Below are positions 52,987-62,207 of a stretch of 64,000 bases of DNA, one piece after another; within the stretch, counting starts at the first letter, position 1; every line of letters begins with the position of its first letter. A program made the position numbers and the translations under genes. This DNA comes from Ignavibacteria bacterium (GTDB taxonomy: Bacteria > Bacteroidota > Ignavibacteria > Tepidaquicellales > OLB5). The stretch covers positions 5,415 through 69,414 of the forward strand of contig JAUQWQ010000034.1 of NCBI GenBank assembly GCA_030835085.1, in the 5' to 3' direction. Under the pieces are notes generated by a model that was not told the origin of the DNA, ran no database searches, and saw nothing but the letters and a program-made list of their open reading frames with translations.

Positions 52987-53751
52987 TTATTTTACCTTCG
53001 GTAATTCGAGTGAAGTATCAATCTTTTCCTGTTCTCGCCAGATGGCCTGGCAAGGAAATTTATTTTCGTAAAGGGCGCGGCTCATCATCACTGAATCGAC
53101 GCCGAATTTTTCAAGTTCCTGGATAATTTTCAGGTCTGCATAATTTGAAATGCCACCGGCAGCGGTAACCTTTAATCCTGTTTCAGAAGCAATCTGTTTC
53201 AAACCTTCAACATCGGGCCCGGTCAATGTTCCCACTCTGGCAACATCCTGGTAGATTATACGTTCTACGCCCAGTTTTTTCATTCCCAATGCGAATTCAA
53301 GAGCATGAATGTTTGTTACGTTGCCCCATCCGTCTTTTACCAGAAATCCATTCCTTACATCAACGCTGATGGCTACCTTGCTCTTTCCGAATTCATTAAG
53401 CAGTTTTTTTATCAGGTCAATATTATCAATTGCAGAAGTTCCAATCACAATTCTGTATACCCCAAGCTCACGAATAAGCTGGTTCGCAATTTCAAATGTT
53501 CTAATACCGCCGCCAAGCTGAATAGGCACACCTACGTTTTCTGTGATCTCTTTAATAAGCTCGTAATTTTTGCGTTTGCCTGATACAGCTCCGTCGAGAT
53601 CGGATATATGAATAACCTTGGCGTTTTCCTTGCGGAAAAGGCGCGCCATATTCAAAGGGCTTTCGGAATAATAAACTGTTTTATCCTCAAGCCCTTCGAC
53701 CATTCTAACTGACCTGCCGTTTTGAATATCTATTACGGGGATTACCAGCAT
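52987..53751 (-). CDS. hisA: HisA-family (beta/alpha)8 isomerase, lacking the canonical catalytic acid Asp
   Basis: IPVIDI, DLDGA, QLGGGIR, IGTSA, SVD, AAGGIS motifs; canonical TD-x2-(R/K)DG reads QDVARVG. Confidence 0.75.
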   Translation of the reverse strand: MLVIPVIDIQNGRSVRMVEGLEDKTVYYSESPLNMARLFRKENAKVIHISDLDGAVSGKRKNYELIKEITENVGVPIQLGGGIRTFEIANQLIRELGVYRIVIGTSAIDNIDLIKKLLNEFGKSKVAISVDVRNGFLVKDGWGNVTNIHALEFALGMKKLGVERIIYQDVARVGTLTGPDVEGLKQIASETGLKVTAAGGISNYADLKIIQELEKFGVDSVMMSRALYENKFPCQAIWREQEKIDTSLELPKVK

Positions 53752-53757
53752 AATGAG

Positions 53758-56067
53758 CTAATTTCTTACTATTGCTACTTTTCCGGTACAGACTTTGCTT
53801 GCATCTTTATTATATCCTGCAATAATATAAATGCCGCTTGAAACATAATTGCCATTCAGATCTTTTCCATCCCATTCAGCAATCCTGCCGCCCGGAGTTT
53901 CAAACTCGGCAACCAAAACACCGCTGATACTAAGTATCTTAACAGTTGATTCGGCAACCAATCCGTCGATCTTAAGTGAAGTCCCGGAAGGTACTACAAA
54001 TGGGTTCGGTCCGACTTTAATTCTGTCACATTCCGCCAGGGGGTTTACGGCAATTGTTTTATATGATACTATACCTTTTTCACTTCCAAAATATGCCGTT
54101 CCAGTTTCATTATCTACAGCTATAGATAATATCTTATCGTCAATCAAAGGTGAGTTCAGCGTATTATACCTTGCTAAAAGTGTTGAGCCATCAGGAGATA
54201 GGTATAAAATACCGTCAGAAATTGTACCCAGCCATTTATTATTCAATGCATCTACAGCAATTGAAAGAACATTTTCAGTCAATGGTGTGCTTATTCCATT
54301 TTCAATAATTCGCATTTTGAAAAGTGTTGGGACAGAACCCGGGTTATTGATAACCTGTTCGGGGTTTGGAATAACGATAACTCCATTATTTGTAGCAATC
54401 CAAACTTCACCGTTCATATCTGTAACAACCTGGTTAACCTGTCCCACATCAGCACCAAGCTGAGAATATGTTATTAAAGCACCGGTAGGTGATGTGTTTT
54501 CATTAAAATACATCAATCCCCTAACATTTCCTTCTATGGGATGAAGTGTCATCCATTTTGTATTAAAATTATCAATTGCAAGAGTAGTAAAAAAAGCAGT
54601 AACATTCCCAAACGGGGCCGGATATGAAACCTGCTGTGTAAAGTTAACAAGGCTATTCTGTACAAAATTATTAAGCACCCAAAGGTTTCCTGAATTATCT
54701 TCATCCATACCGTATGTTAATACAAATCCCGGTCCCCCCGCAATTTGTAATACTGAATTCGTTTCATCATATCTGGTCACGTCATTTCCGTTTATTTTTA
54801 CTAAGCCATTACCCCAACCTGCAACCCAAACGTTTCCAGATCTATCCGGGTAAACATTTACCCAGCCGCAGCATCCATTACCAAGTATTGGATTCGAATT
54901 ATATGTAAAGTTTGTCCATGAATCGCCGTTAAGCTCATATATACCCGATCTCGGGGTCCAGTCTCCTAATGAACCTGATACAGACCATACATTACTTGAT
55001 TTATCAACAATCAAACTGGATTGGAGATTGGAATATGGGCCGTTCGGGATAATATAATTATTTACATTATTTCTATAAACACTTACGCCATTATTCACTG
55101 TGCCAATTAAAAGATCACCTGCTGCATTAACTTTTAATGAATTTACATCTGTACCGGTTTCAATAAGTTCAGCATTATTTATATTTGACAAATTTACTTT
55201 AAAAATCCTGAAATTTGTCCTGTTGCCGCCATCATGTGAAAATACCGAAAAATACATTGTACCGCCAGATACAGTCATTTTTGATATAGGGTCCACGATA
55301 GGATTTCCGTTGTATAAAGGAGCGAATGTATTTAATGTGCCGTTCTGGAAATAGACCATGCCGCTGTCAGTTCCCATAAATACTCTTGAATCATAATACA
55401 CAACGCTGTTTATACTGTTATTTTTCAGAATTGAATTTCCGGTTGTAAAGGTTGACCAAATGGAAGCAATAGGCAGGTTATTATTTATATTTGCATAAGC
55501 TATCCCGTTTTTTGTCGCAGCCCACAAGGTATCGTTAATTACCATAATATCATAAACGGGTGATGGGGATGTCAGATTCCCAAACCTTGTATAAGGCTGA
55601 TCAACAAACTGGAATTGGGGTATATTGAACTTCACAATACAAAACTCAGATGCAAAGAACATGAGATTGTTATACTCATAAAATGCATTGATCCTTTTGG
55701 AAGGTTCGGTTGAATTGTAAATGTCAGTGATCTGCCGCCATGACTGATCACTAATATTAAGAACACTTATAGAACCATCAAAAGCGCCGGCCCAAACACT
55801 TCCGTTGCTGCTTGTTGATACTGCAGTCAGCTCATTTGAGCCAAGACCATCGAGAGTTGTATATTTTTTTATATTTGATGAATTAACCGGATCAAAATTA
55901 AACAAGCCTCCTGATGAAGCCGCCCAAACCAGATTACTTCCCAGTGAAACACCTTTTACTTCTCTTAATGAAGTATAAATATTCCATCCGCCGGTGGAAT
56001 TCTGCGAAAACAATGAAGAGCTAATTACAAATAAAACTGTTAACACAACGAGTTTTTTCAGCATCAT
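53758..56067 (-). CDS. porZ: PorZ-like T9SS component (tandem beta-propellers + CTD)
   Basis: Signal peptide; repeated two-component-regulator propeller motifs (GLGSNEL, IAVDALNNKWLGT, NSPLIDD); C-terminal VGPNPF...WDGKDLNGNYVSSGIY...GKVAIVR. Confidence 0.85.
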   Translation of the reverse strand: MMLKKLVVLTVLFVISSSLFSQNSTGGWNIYTSLREVKGVSLGSNLVWAASSGGLFNFDPVNSSNIKKYTTLDGLGSNELTAVSTSSNGSVWAGAFDGSISVLNISDQSWRQITDIYNSTEPSKRINAFYEYNNLMFFASEFCIVKFNIPQFQFVDQPYTRFGNLTSPSPVYDIMVINDTLWAATKNGIAYANINNNLPIASIWSTFTTGNSILKNNSINSVVYYDSRVFMGTDSGMVYFQNGTLNTFAPLYNGNPIVDPISKMTVSGGTMYFSVFSHDGGNRTNFRIFKVNLSNINNAELIETGTDVNSLKVNAAGDLLIGTVNNGVSVYRNNVNNYIIPNGPYSNLQSSLIVDKSSNVWSVSGSLGDWTPRSGIYELNGDSWTNFTYNSNPILGNGCCGWVNVYPDRSGNVWVAGWGNGLVKINGNDVTRYDETNSVLQIAGGPGFVLTYGMDEDNSGNLWVLNNFVQNSLVNFTQQVSYPAPFGNVTAFFTTLAIDNFNTKWMTLHPIEGNVRGLMYFNENTSPTGALITYSQLGADVGQVNQVVTDMNGEVWIATNNGVIVIPNPEQVINNPGSVPTLFKMRIIENGISTPLTENVLSIAVDALNNKWLGTISDGILYLSPDGSTLLARYNTLNSPLIDDKILSIAVDNETGTAYFGSEKGIVSYKTIAVNPLAECDRIKVGPNPFVVPSGTSLKIDGLVAESTVKILSISGVLVAEFETPGGRIAEWDGKDLNGNYVSSGIYIIAGYNKDASKVCTGKVAIVRN

Positions 56068-56194
56068 TTTAAAGTTAATTTAGAGAATGAGTAGAGGTAT
56101 TATCTATATATCAGATCTGGTTTTATTTTTTGTTGGAATTGAATTCAGTGTGATCTATAATTTGTGTTTAAAAAGCGGTTTCTTATTTTTTCAG

Positions 56195-56509
56195 TTAAAG
56201 CAGTTCACTTAATGCCTGTTCAAGCTCTGATTTCGTATGTTCGTCACTTTGTGATGCCGCAACATAAATTCCCTTTTCATAAACTTTCCTTGCCATGCTT
56301 TCATTCCCCAATAATTCATACGTTTTACCCAGTTGGTAATATGTTGCTACATAATTGGGATCTAATACACTTGTTTCTTCAAACATATCTTTCGCAGAAT
56401 CTATATCATTAACAGAAAGATACTCAAGTCCTAATGCATATCTTGCGAACGTATCCTGCGGGTCCGCCGCCAGTATTTCCCTCAGGTTTTCAATCCTTGT
56501 ATTACTCAT
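56195..56509 (-). CDS. Small TPR protein
   Basis: DPQDTFARYALGLEY...DPNYVATYYQLGK. Confidence 0.85.
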   Translation of the reverse strand: MSNTRIENLREILAADPQDTFARYALGLEYLSVNDIDSAKDMFEETSVLDPNYVATYYQLGKTYELLGNESMARKVYEKGIYVAASQSDEHTKSELEQALSELL

Positions 56510-56589
56510 AAAGCTAATTTAAGCAACTTATATTAAAAATAAAAATAATAAAAGTGAGAAAATTTGCAACATTCTGTAAAATAAGCCCG

Positions 56590-56874
56590 TTATAACGGAA
56601 TTTTTTCAATATCTGCTGCGATATCAATGTCATTTTTGGTTACTCCTGCTGCTGTATGGGTTGAAAATGAAACCTCTATTTCCCTGAATTTCATGTGTAT
56701 ATAATCGGGGTGGTGGTTGTGCCTTTGACAAAATCCGCCAATTGCGGTCACAAACCCCATAGTTGCCGGAAAATTCTGAGTTTTAAAAACTTTCTTAATT
56801 GAACCATCAGAGTAATTCCAACCCGGTAATGTTCTCAGTGCATCAGTTATTTGCTGCTCAGTTAATTTTTCCAT
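56590..56874 (-). CDS. phhB: Pterin-4-alpha-carbinolamine dehydratase
   Basis: LPGW, HNHHPD, STHTAAGVTKND. Start re-placed at MEKLTE (56874). Confidence 0.88.
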   Translation of the reverse strand: MEKLTEQQITDALRTLPGWNYSDGSIKKVFKTQNFPATMGFVTAIGGFCQRHNHHPDYIHMKFREIEVSFSTHTAAGVTKNDIDIAADIEKIPL

Positions 56875-56897
56875 GAAGTATAAAAATTTATAAAACA

Positions 56898-56920
56898 AGA
56901 GCGGGTTATAAACCCGCTCT
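56898..56920 (-). terminator. Terminator-like hairpin after CocE paralogue 1
   Basis: agagcgggtt/aacccgctct stem, T-rich tail on the minus strand. Confidence 0.65.
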
Positions 56921-56944
56921 GAAATTAATTTATATTAACCCGGT

Positions 56945-58915
56945 TTATTTTACCAGGATCATTTTCTTTGTATCTGTAAAACTACCGGATACAATATTAT
57001 AGAAATAAACCCCGCTTGCAAGCGATGAAGCATCAAACAGTATTGAATTGCTGCCCGCTTCCATCGTTTCGTTTACCAAAGTTCTCACAAGCCTGCCGGT
57101 AATATCAAATACTTTTACGGTAACCAATCCCTTTTGGGGAATACTGTAGCTGATAGTAGTTACAGGATTGAACGGGTTCGGATAATTCTGTTCAAGAGAA
57201 AATGAATATGGTGAATTAATACCGGTGTTATCCGTAATTTCGCTTGCTGCGTTTACCAATGGAAGATCAATATATGATTTATTGTTCAGGTAAACATAAT
57301 TGTATCCATTCTTAAGCACAGGAAGTACAAATGGATTTGTACCAAGGAACCAGGTATCATCAGCATGGGTATCAAGATTTGTGATAATTATTTTGATCTT
57401 ATTACCTTTTTTAAAAATATGAGAATGTGCCTGACCTTCAAAGTTCTTTGTTCTTCTGCTGCTGGCTGTATAATTTCTGTCAGTGTAATTTATCCTGTTT
57501 ATCAGCTTTTCTTTTCCGTTTGGAAGTACTTCCAATACCTGGAAATTATACTGTGTGAATGTTGCTGCTGTTGAAAGATAATCTATATTTACCTTTGGTG
57601 TTCCAAGCCATTTTTTATCTGATGTTAATGACGCACTGGTAAATGAAACTGAATTCTTTTTGAATTTTGAAGTGAAGGTTGTTCCGGTGAATTCTTCATT
57701 AACCGCCTCCTGCATTGTTAAGCCGCCTGTTACCTGGTTTCTGATAGAAACACGCGTATTGTTATTAGTGCCCGCTGTTGTTGTAAGCCTGCTGTTTGTA
57801 TTGAAATACAGACGGTATGGCGTTGTGATATTCTGCAGGTTAACTTTTGAGCTGTCATGCTTAAAGCTCCAGTACAAACCATTTACCGGGTACATTGATG
57901 AAGCATAATCAAAGTTTGCCACAGGCATTTTGGAACCGTTCACATTAAACAGCCAGTAAAAGAACCAGTCATTAAAGAACTGCATATGCCATGTATCTTC
58001 AGTTGGTGAGTTATCACCGCCGTGACCCTGCACGGCACCGAGGTAAAGCCTGAACGTTGAGCCGGTATTCAGTGTCGATGCTTTCATAATTCCCGAAGCA
58101 TTAAAGAACTTATCCTGCCATGAACCTTCCATTATCAAAGGTACCCGGTTGTTCTGAATACCTGTCATAAAATCCCTGTTCTGCGGTAAGTAGTATGCAA
58201 GGCTATCCCAGTATTGTTTTGCTGATGAATATATCCAGTCACTCATTCTTGCAACCTGCGGTGTATACCTTGCTGTATCAGGGGTATATTCAACTGTCCA
58301 TAACAAAGTCATTTTAATACAGCCGTTTTCTATCCAGCTTGAAGCGAAATTAGGTGGGGCAAGGGCTGATATAATTGTTTTAACGTTCATTCCCATAGTA
58401 CATGCCATATAAGGAACCAGTCCGCCCTGCGAACCGCCCATTACCAGGATATTATCAGGATTAATGCCGTTAGGTGTATCCTGTTTGATAAAATTAATGA
58501 ACTCTATCATGTCCTGCGCTTCTGTGGTTGATATGAGGTTTGAGAGGCCGGTTGAGTGACCCTGTCCGCGCATACTGAATGTTGTTGTATAGTAGCCATA
58601 CTCCGCCTGAGCGGCTGCGAAACCCGCAAGGGTTTCTTTGTTATCACCATAACCGTGTACAAATACGACTGTCGGCCATCCGCCTGCAGGAGCTGTACCC
58701 TGCGGTATGAATTTTAAAGCGTCCAGTATTGTACCGTCTCGCAATGTAACTGTAAAATCTATACGTGTAACCGGAAGCGCATCTGTATTGGAGTATTTTG
58801 GCAGAAGTTTTAAAAATTCGTAATTATCTCTTGCTCTTTTTTGCTGTGAATTGCTTATTCCCGTAAAAAGGAAAAAGGCAATTAAAGCCATAACTGTAAA
58901 TTTAGCTGAATTCAT
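56945..58915 (-). CDS. CocE/NonD (S15) family hydrolase with T9SS CTD (paralogue 1)
   Basis: TLRDGTILDA, HGYG, RGQGHS, nucleophile GGSQGG, WQDKFF, GHG; QNYPNPFNP CTD. Start re-placed at MNSAKF (58915). Confidence 0.88.
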   Translation of the reverse strand: MNSAKFTVMALIAFFLFTGISNSQQKRARDNYEFLKLLPKYSNTDALPVTRIDFTVTLRDGTILDALKFIPQGTAPAGGWPTVVFVHGYGDNKETLAGFAAAQAEYGYYTTTFSMRGQGHSTGLSNLISTTEAQDMIEFINFIKQDTPNGINPDNILVMGGSQGGLVPYMACTMGMNVKTIISALAPPNFASSWIENGCIKMTLLWTVEYTPDTARYTPQVARMSDWIYSSAKQYWDSLAYYLPQNRDFMTGIQNNRVPLIMEGSWQDKFFNASGIMKASTLNTGSTFRLYLGAVQGHGGDNSPTEDTWHMQFFNDWFFYWLFNVNGSKMPVANFDYASSMYPVNGLYWSFKHDSSKVNLQNITTPYRLYFNTNSRLTTTAGTNNNTRVSIRNQVTGGLTMQEAVNEEFTGTTFTSKFKKNSVSFTSASLTSDKKWLGTPKVNIDYLSTAATFTQYNFQVLEVLPNGKEKLINRINYTDRNYTASSRRTKNFEGQAHSHIFKKGNKIKIIITNLDTHADDTWFLGTNPFVLPVLKNGYNYVYLNNKSYIDLPLVNAASEITDNTGINSPYSFSLEQNYPNPFNPVTTISYSIPQKGLVTVKVFDITGRLVRTLVNETMEAGSNSILFDASSLASGVYFYNIVSGSFTDTKKMILVK

Positions 58916-59055
58916 TTTATTCCCTACTATTAATATATATAAATTTAATAATATTGCTTTTTTGTTCCTATACAATAAAAATAAATCCTACTTAGTGCAA
59001 ATTACTCTTTATCAATCATTTGAGTTTAAATAATGTTAATATATTCCTTTACAGC

Positions 59056-59096
59056 AAAAACGAAACTAACCCCGCATATAATATGCGGGGTTAGTT
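59056..59096 (-). terminator. Strong hairpin/terminator downstream of the small peptide gene
   Basis: 14-bp stem aactaaccccgcat/atgcggggttagtt (59064-59096), then tcgttttt on the minus strand. Confidence 0.75.
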
Positions 59097-59171
59097 CAGT
59101 ATTATCAGGATATATTCAGCCTTTGCTCAGGATATGAATATTCTTATTTTTATTTATTATCCGAATTTATA

Positions 59172-59273
59172 TCATGCTTTGCGGATCTGTTTATTGCTGT
59201 AAAATAGGTATCCTAATATCACAAACGGTAATAAAAGGAATACAAAAATTACGGGCAATACTAAAAGTGACAT
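59172..59273 (-). CDS. Unannotated 33-aa single-pass membrane peptide MSLLVLPVIFVFLLLPFVILGYLFYSNKQIRKA
   Basis: SD AGAGGAGAA (59281-59289) 7 nt upstream of ATG; long hydrophobic stretch plus basic tail; followed by a terminator. Confidence 0.65.
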   Translation of the reverse strand: MSLLVLPVIFVFLLLPFVILGYLFYSNKQIRKA

Positions 59274-59439
59274 TTTCTAATTCTCCTCTGTTATTTTCAT
59301 GTTCTCAGTTGAATCATTTCTTCTGCTGCTTCATTCTCTCTTTTTAAATCAGCAGGGATATCCCCTAATTTATCTCTAAATTATCCCTGCTTAATATGTT
59401 ACGCAATATCCCGGTTGCTGCTCACTTGGATATACTGAT

Positions 59440-61473
59440 TTATTTTACTAACGTCATTTTCTTTATGTCAGTAAAGCTTCCTGCGGTAAGTTTGTAGAAA
59501 TAGATACCGCTTGAAAGATTCTGTGCATTGAACATAACGCTGTATGAACCGGGGTTTTGTGCTGTATTTACCAAAGTCTGTACTTCTCTTCCCAAAAGAT
59601 CATATATCTTAAGCTCAACGTTCTGCGCATCAGCCAGTGTGTACTGGATCATAGTGCTTGGGTTGAACGGGTTCGGGAAATTCTGTGAGAGGCTGAATGA
59701 ATACGGATTGCTGTTCTCCTCAGAATTATCTTCAGCAAAAGTGAGGTCAAACCTGTTGCCTGCATTTGTAATGATCGGAAACTCAATATATGAATTGCTG
59801 CTTAAGTATACAGTATGGTCGCCGTTTTTCATTGTAGGCAGTACAAACGGATTTGTACCGAAGAACTCAACATCTGTATGCGCTTTATCTAGATTGGTGA
59901 TGATAACCTGTATTTTGCTTCCTGCCTGGAAAATGTGTGAATGAGCCTGGCCGCGGAAAGTAACCTGTCTTCTTGAATCCTTGGTATAATTCCTGTCTGT
60001 AAAATTAGCGCGGTTGATAAATCTTCTTTCGCCGCTCGGGAGCACTTCGTATATCTGGTAATTGAACTGGCAGAAAGTTGATGCGGCTGATTTGTAATCA
60101 AGCCTTACAACCGGTGCGCCTGTCCACTCAAGCTGTGATGTTAATGCTGACGATATGAACCTAACTGAATCTTTTTTGAACTTACTCTGAAAGTTCGTTC
60201 CCGTGAATTCATCGTTTACTGCCTGCTGAAGCGTATAGCCGTTTGTTATTTTGTTCTTTAATGTAACTGTATTGCTGCCTGTCTGAGCTGTTGTTTTTAA
60301 AACACCGTTCTTGTTAAGGTACAGTCTCATTGGTACAGAAACATTCCTTAAAAGTGTCCTAGAGCTATCATGTGTGAATGAAAAATACTGGTTGTTTACA
60401 ACCGGAAAATGTGTTGATGCGTACTGATATTTAGCCTGGTCAAATATAGGTGTCTGCATTCCCCAGAGTGTCTGGAAGAAGAAGTTATTGAACCACTCCA
60501 TATGCCACACGTCTTCGGTTAATGATATATCAGAACCGTGACCGCGAACCGCGCCAAGGTATGAAGACATTGGTGCATTTGAAACTTTATCAATGTTCAG
60601 CATCCAGCCATCTGCGTTAAAGAACTTATCCTGCCATGCTGCTTCTATTAAAACAGGTGTGGTAATTGTATTAAGCCCGTTTACGAAATCCCTGCCGATA
60701 GGCATATAATGTTTTAAACTGTCCCAATATGGTTTTGTATCTGCGTAGATCCAGTCAGACATTCTGTTAACCTGTCCGTTGTACCTTGCTGTATCGGGTG
60801 TATATTCAACTGTCCATAATAATGTCATTTTTGCGCAGCCGTTCTCTATCCAGCTTGAAGCGAAGTTAGGAGGAGCAACTGAATTGATAATTGCCGCAAC
60901 CTGCATACCTCTTGTAGCAGCTATCATAGGAACCGCGCCGCCCTGGGAGCCGCCCATGATAAGTATCTTTGAAGGATTTGAGCCGTTTACTGAATCACGT
61001 TTTATCCATGCAACTATTTCTATCAGATCATCAGCTTCAATTGTGCTGATGAGATTTGATAAACCGCCGGAGAGACCCTGGCCGCGAACGCTGAAGGTCA
61101 TGGTATAATAGCCATATTCAGCCTGCGCACGGCAGAAATCGGCGAGTGTTTCTTTGTGGTCACCGTAACCATGGTGCATAATAACTGTATTCCAGCCGCC
61201 TGCCGGTGGTGTTCCTTCGGGAACGTACTTCAAACAGTCAATAATAACGCCGTCACGCATTGTGATAGTGAAATCAGTGCGGGTTACCACCAGGTTAGCA
61301 TCACCGGTAGTGCTGGGCAGTAAATAAGATGGAGTCCATGAGTTAAGGTTTTTAGGTTTGTTCATAACCCTTGACTGGGTATAAGTAACCTCAGTGTAGG
61401 TCATAAAAAAAAGAGCCAATGATAAGCATATCATCAAAAGTCTCTTGGTATTTCGGGTTTCAATAGCATTCAT
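59440..61473 (-). CDS. CocE/NonD (S15) family hydrolase with T9SS CTD (paralogue 2)
   Basis: TMRDGVIID, HGYG, RGQGLS, GGSQGG, WQDKFF, GHG; QNFPNPFNP CTD. Confidence 0.88.
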   Translation of the reverse strand: MNAIETRNTKRLLMICLSLALFFMTYTEVTYTQSRVMNKPKNLNSWTPSYLLPSTTGDANLVVTRTDFTITMRDGVIIDCLKYVPEGTPPAGGWNTVIMHHGYGDHKETLADFCRAQAEYGYYTMTFSVRGQGLSGGLSNLISTIEADDLIEIVAWIKRDSVNGSNPSKILIMGGSQGGAVPMIAATRGMQVAAIINSVAPPNFASSWIENGCAKMTLLWTVEYTPDTARYNGQVNRMSDWIYADTKPYWDSLKHYMPIGRDFVNGLNTITTPVLIEAAWQDKFFNADGWMLNIDKVSNAPMSSYLGAVRGHGSDISLTEDVWHMEWFNNFFFQTLWGMQTPIFDQAKYQYASTHFPVVNNQYFSFTHDSSRTLLRNVSVPMRLYLNKNGVLKTTAQTGSNTVTLKNKITNGYTLQQAVNDEFTGTNFQSKFKKDSVRFISSALTSQLEWTGAPVVRLDYKSAASTFCQFNYQIYEVLPSGERRFINRANFTDRNYTKDSRRQVTFRGQAHSHIFQAGSKIQVIITNLDKAHTDVEFFGTNPFVLPTMKNGDHTVYLSSNSYIEFPIITNAGNRFDLTFAEDNSEENSNPYSFSLSQNFPNPFNPSTMIQYTLADAQNVELKIYDLLGREVQTLVNTAQNPGSYSVMFNAQNLSSGIYFYKLTAGSFTDIKKMTLVK

Positions 61474-61553
61474 CTTAATAGATGTCCTTTCAGAATAGAT
61501 TTATTATTAAAATAATCTTTCTGCTATCGCATTCCCTACGAATTAGTATGTTA

Positions 61554-61561
61554 CAAATATA
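61554..61561 (-). promoter_or_regulatory. TAnnTTTG (-7 element-like) upstream of CocE paralogue 2
   Basis: Minus strand TATATTTG, 80 nt upstream of the ATG. Confidence 0.35.
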
Positions 61562-61816
61562 GCCCATACCCTGACCCTAATACAATCGTAAGTGTAAGTA
61601 AATATGTAATTACCCTCATAACCTAATCAATCCTCAATTCACTGTATGACGGTAGCCCGATATTTTCTAACGTAATTGGGTGAGCTATCCCGGTAGAAAT
61701 TTTGATGATTTTAGCAGATTTTCTCATAATTGGTTAATTTATGTATGTTTATATAAGCAGTCAATAACAATCAGTATCGGCTCCGGAGGAGCTTTTAGAG
61801 CTTTGATCACTTGAAT

Positions 61817-62034
61817 TTCTCACTATGATTCTCATGATGAACACGATTTTTTTTTTGAGGGCTAAAGGCATATTATTTTGCGAAAACGGCTCGTTTTCAT
61901 TAAGTGAAGCTGTCGCATTATGAATATATTCATGTTGGGAAACCGTTTCTGCATGATAATCATGGTGAGAATGGATTGATAATTCAGCACTTTATGAACG
62001 TGAAAATTCTCATGATGAATATTCATAGTGAGAA
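61817..62034. repeat. Array of six 13-nt (A/T)TCATnnTG(A/G)GAA motifs in both orientations
   Basis: Copies at 61817(-), 61829(-), 61929(+), 61959(+), 62007(-), 62022(+). Confidence 0.75.
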
Positions 62035-62207
62035 TGTGTATTTGCTTATTTTTTGCCCTTTCGCAGAGACTCTCGCTTTCTGCGCTTTTTTGTCCCGAAG
62101 GGACTCTCCAAAGGAGTCCTTCGGACCTTCGGAGCAGTCCCGCGTTTCTGCTTAAGCAGGATTGAGGACTCTGCCGTCTAGAATTTTTCGGAAAAGACAT
62201 GAAAAAT

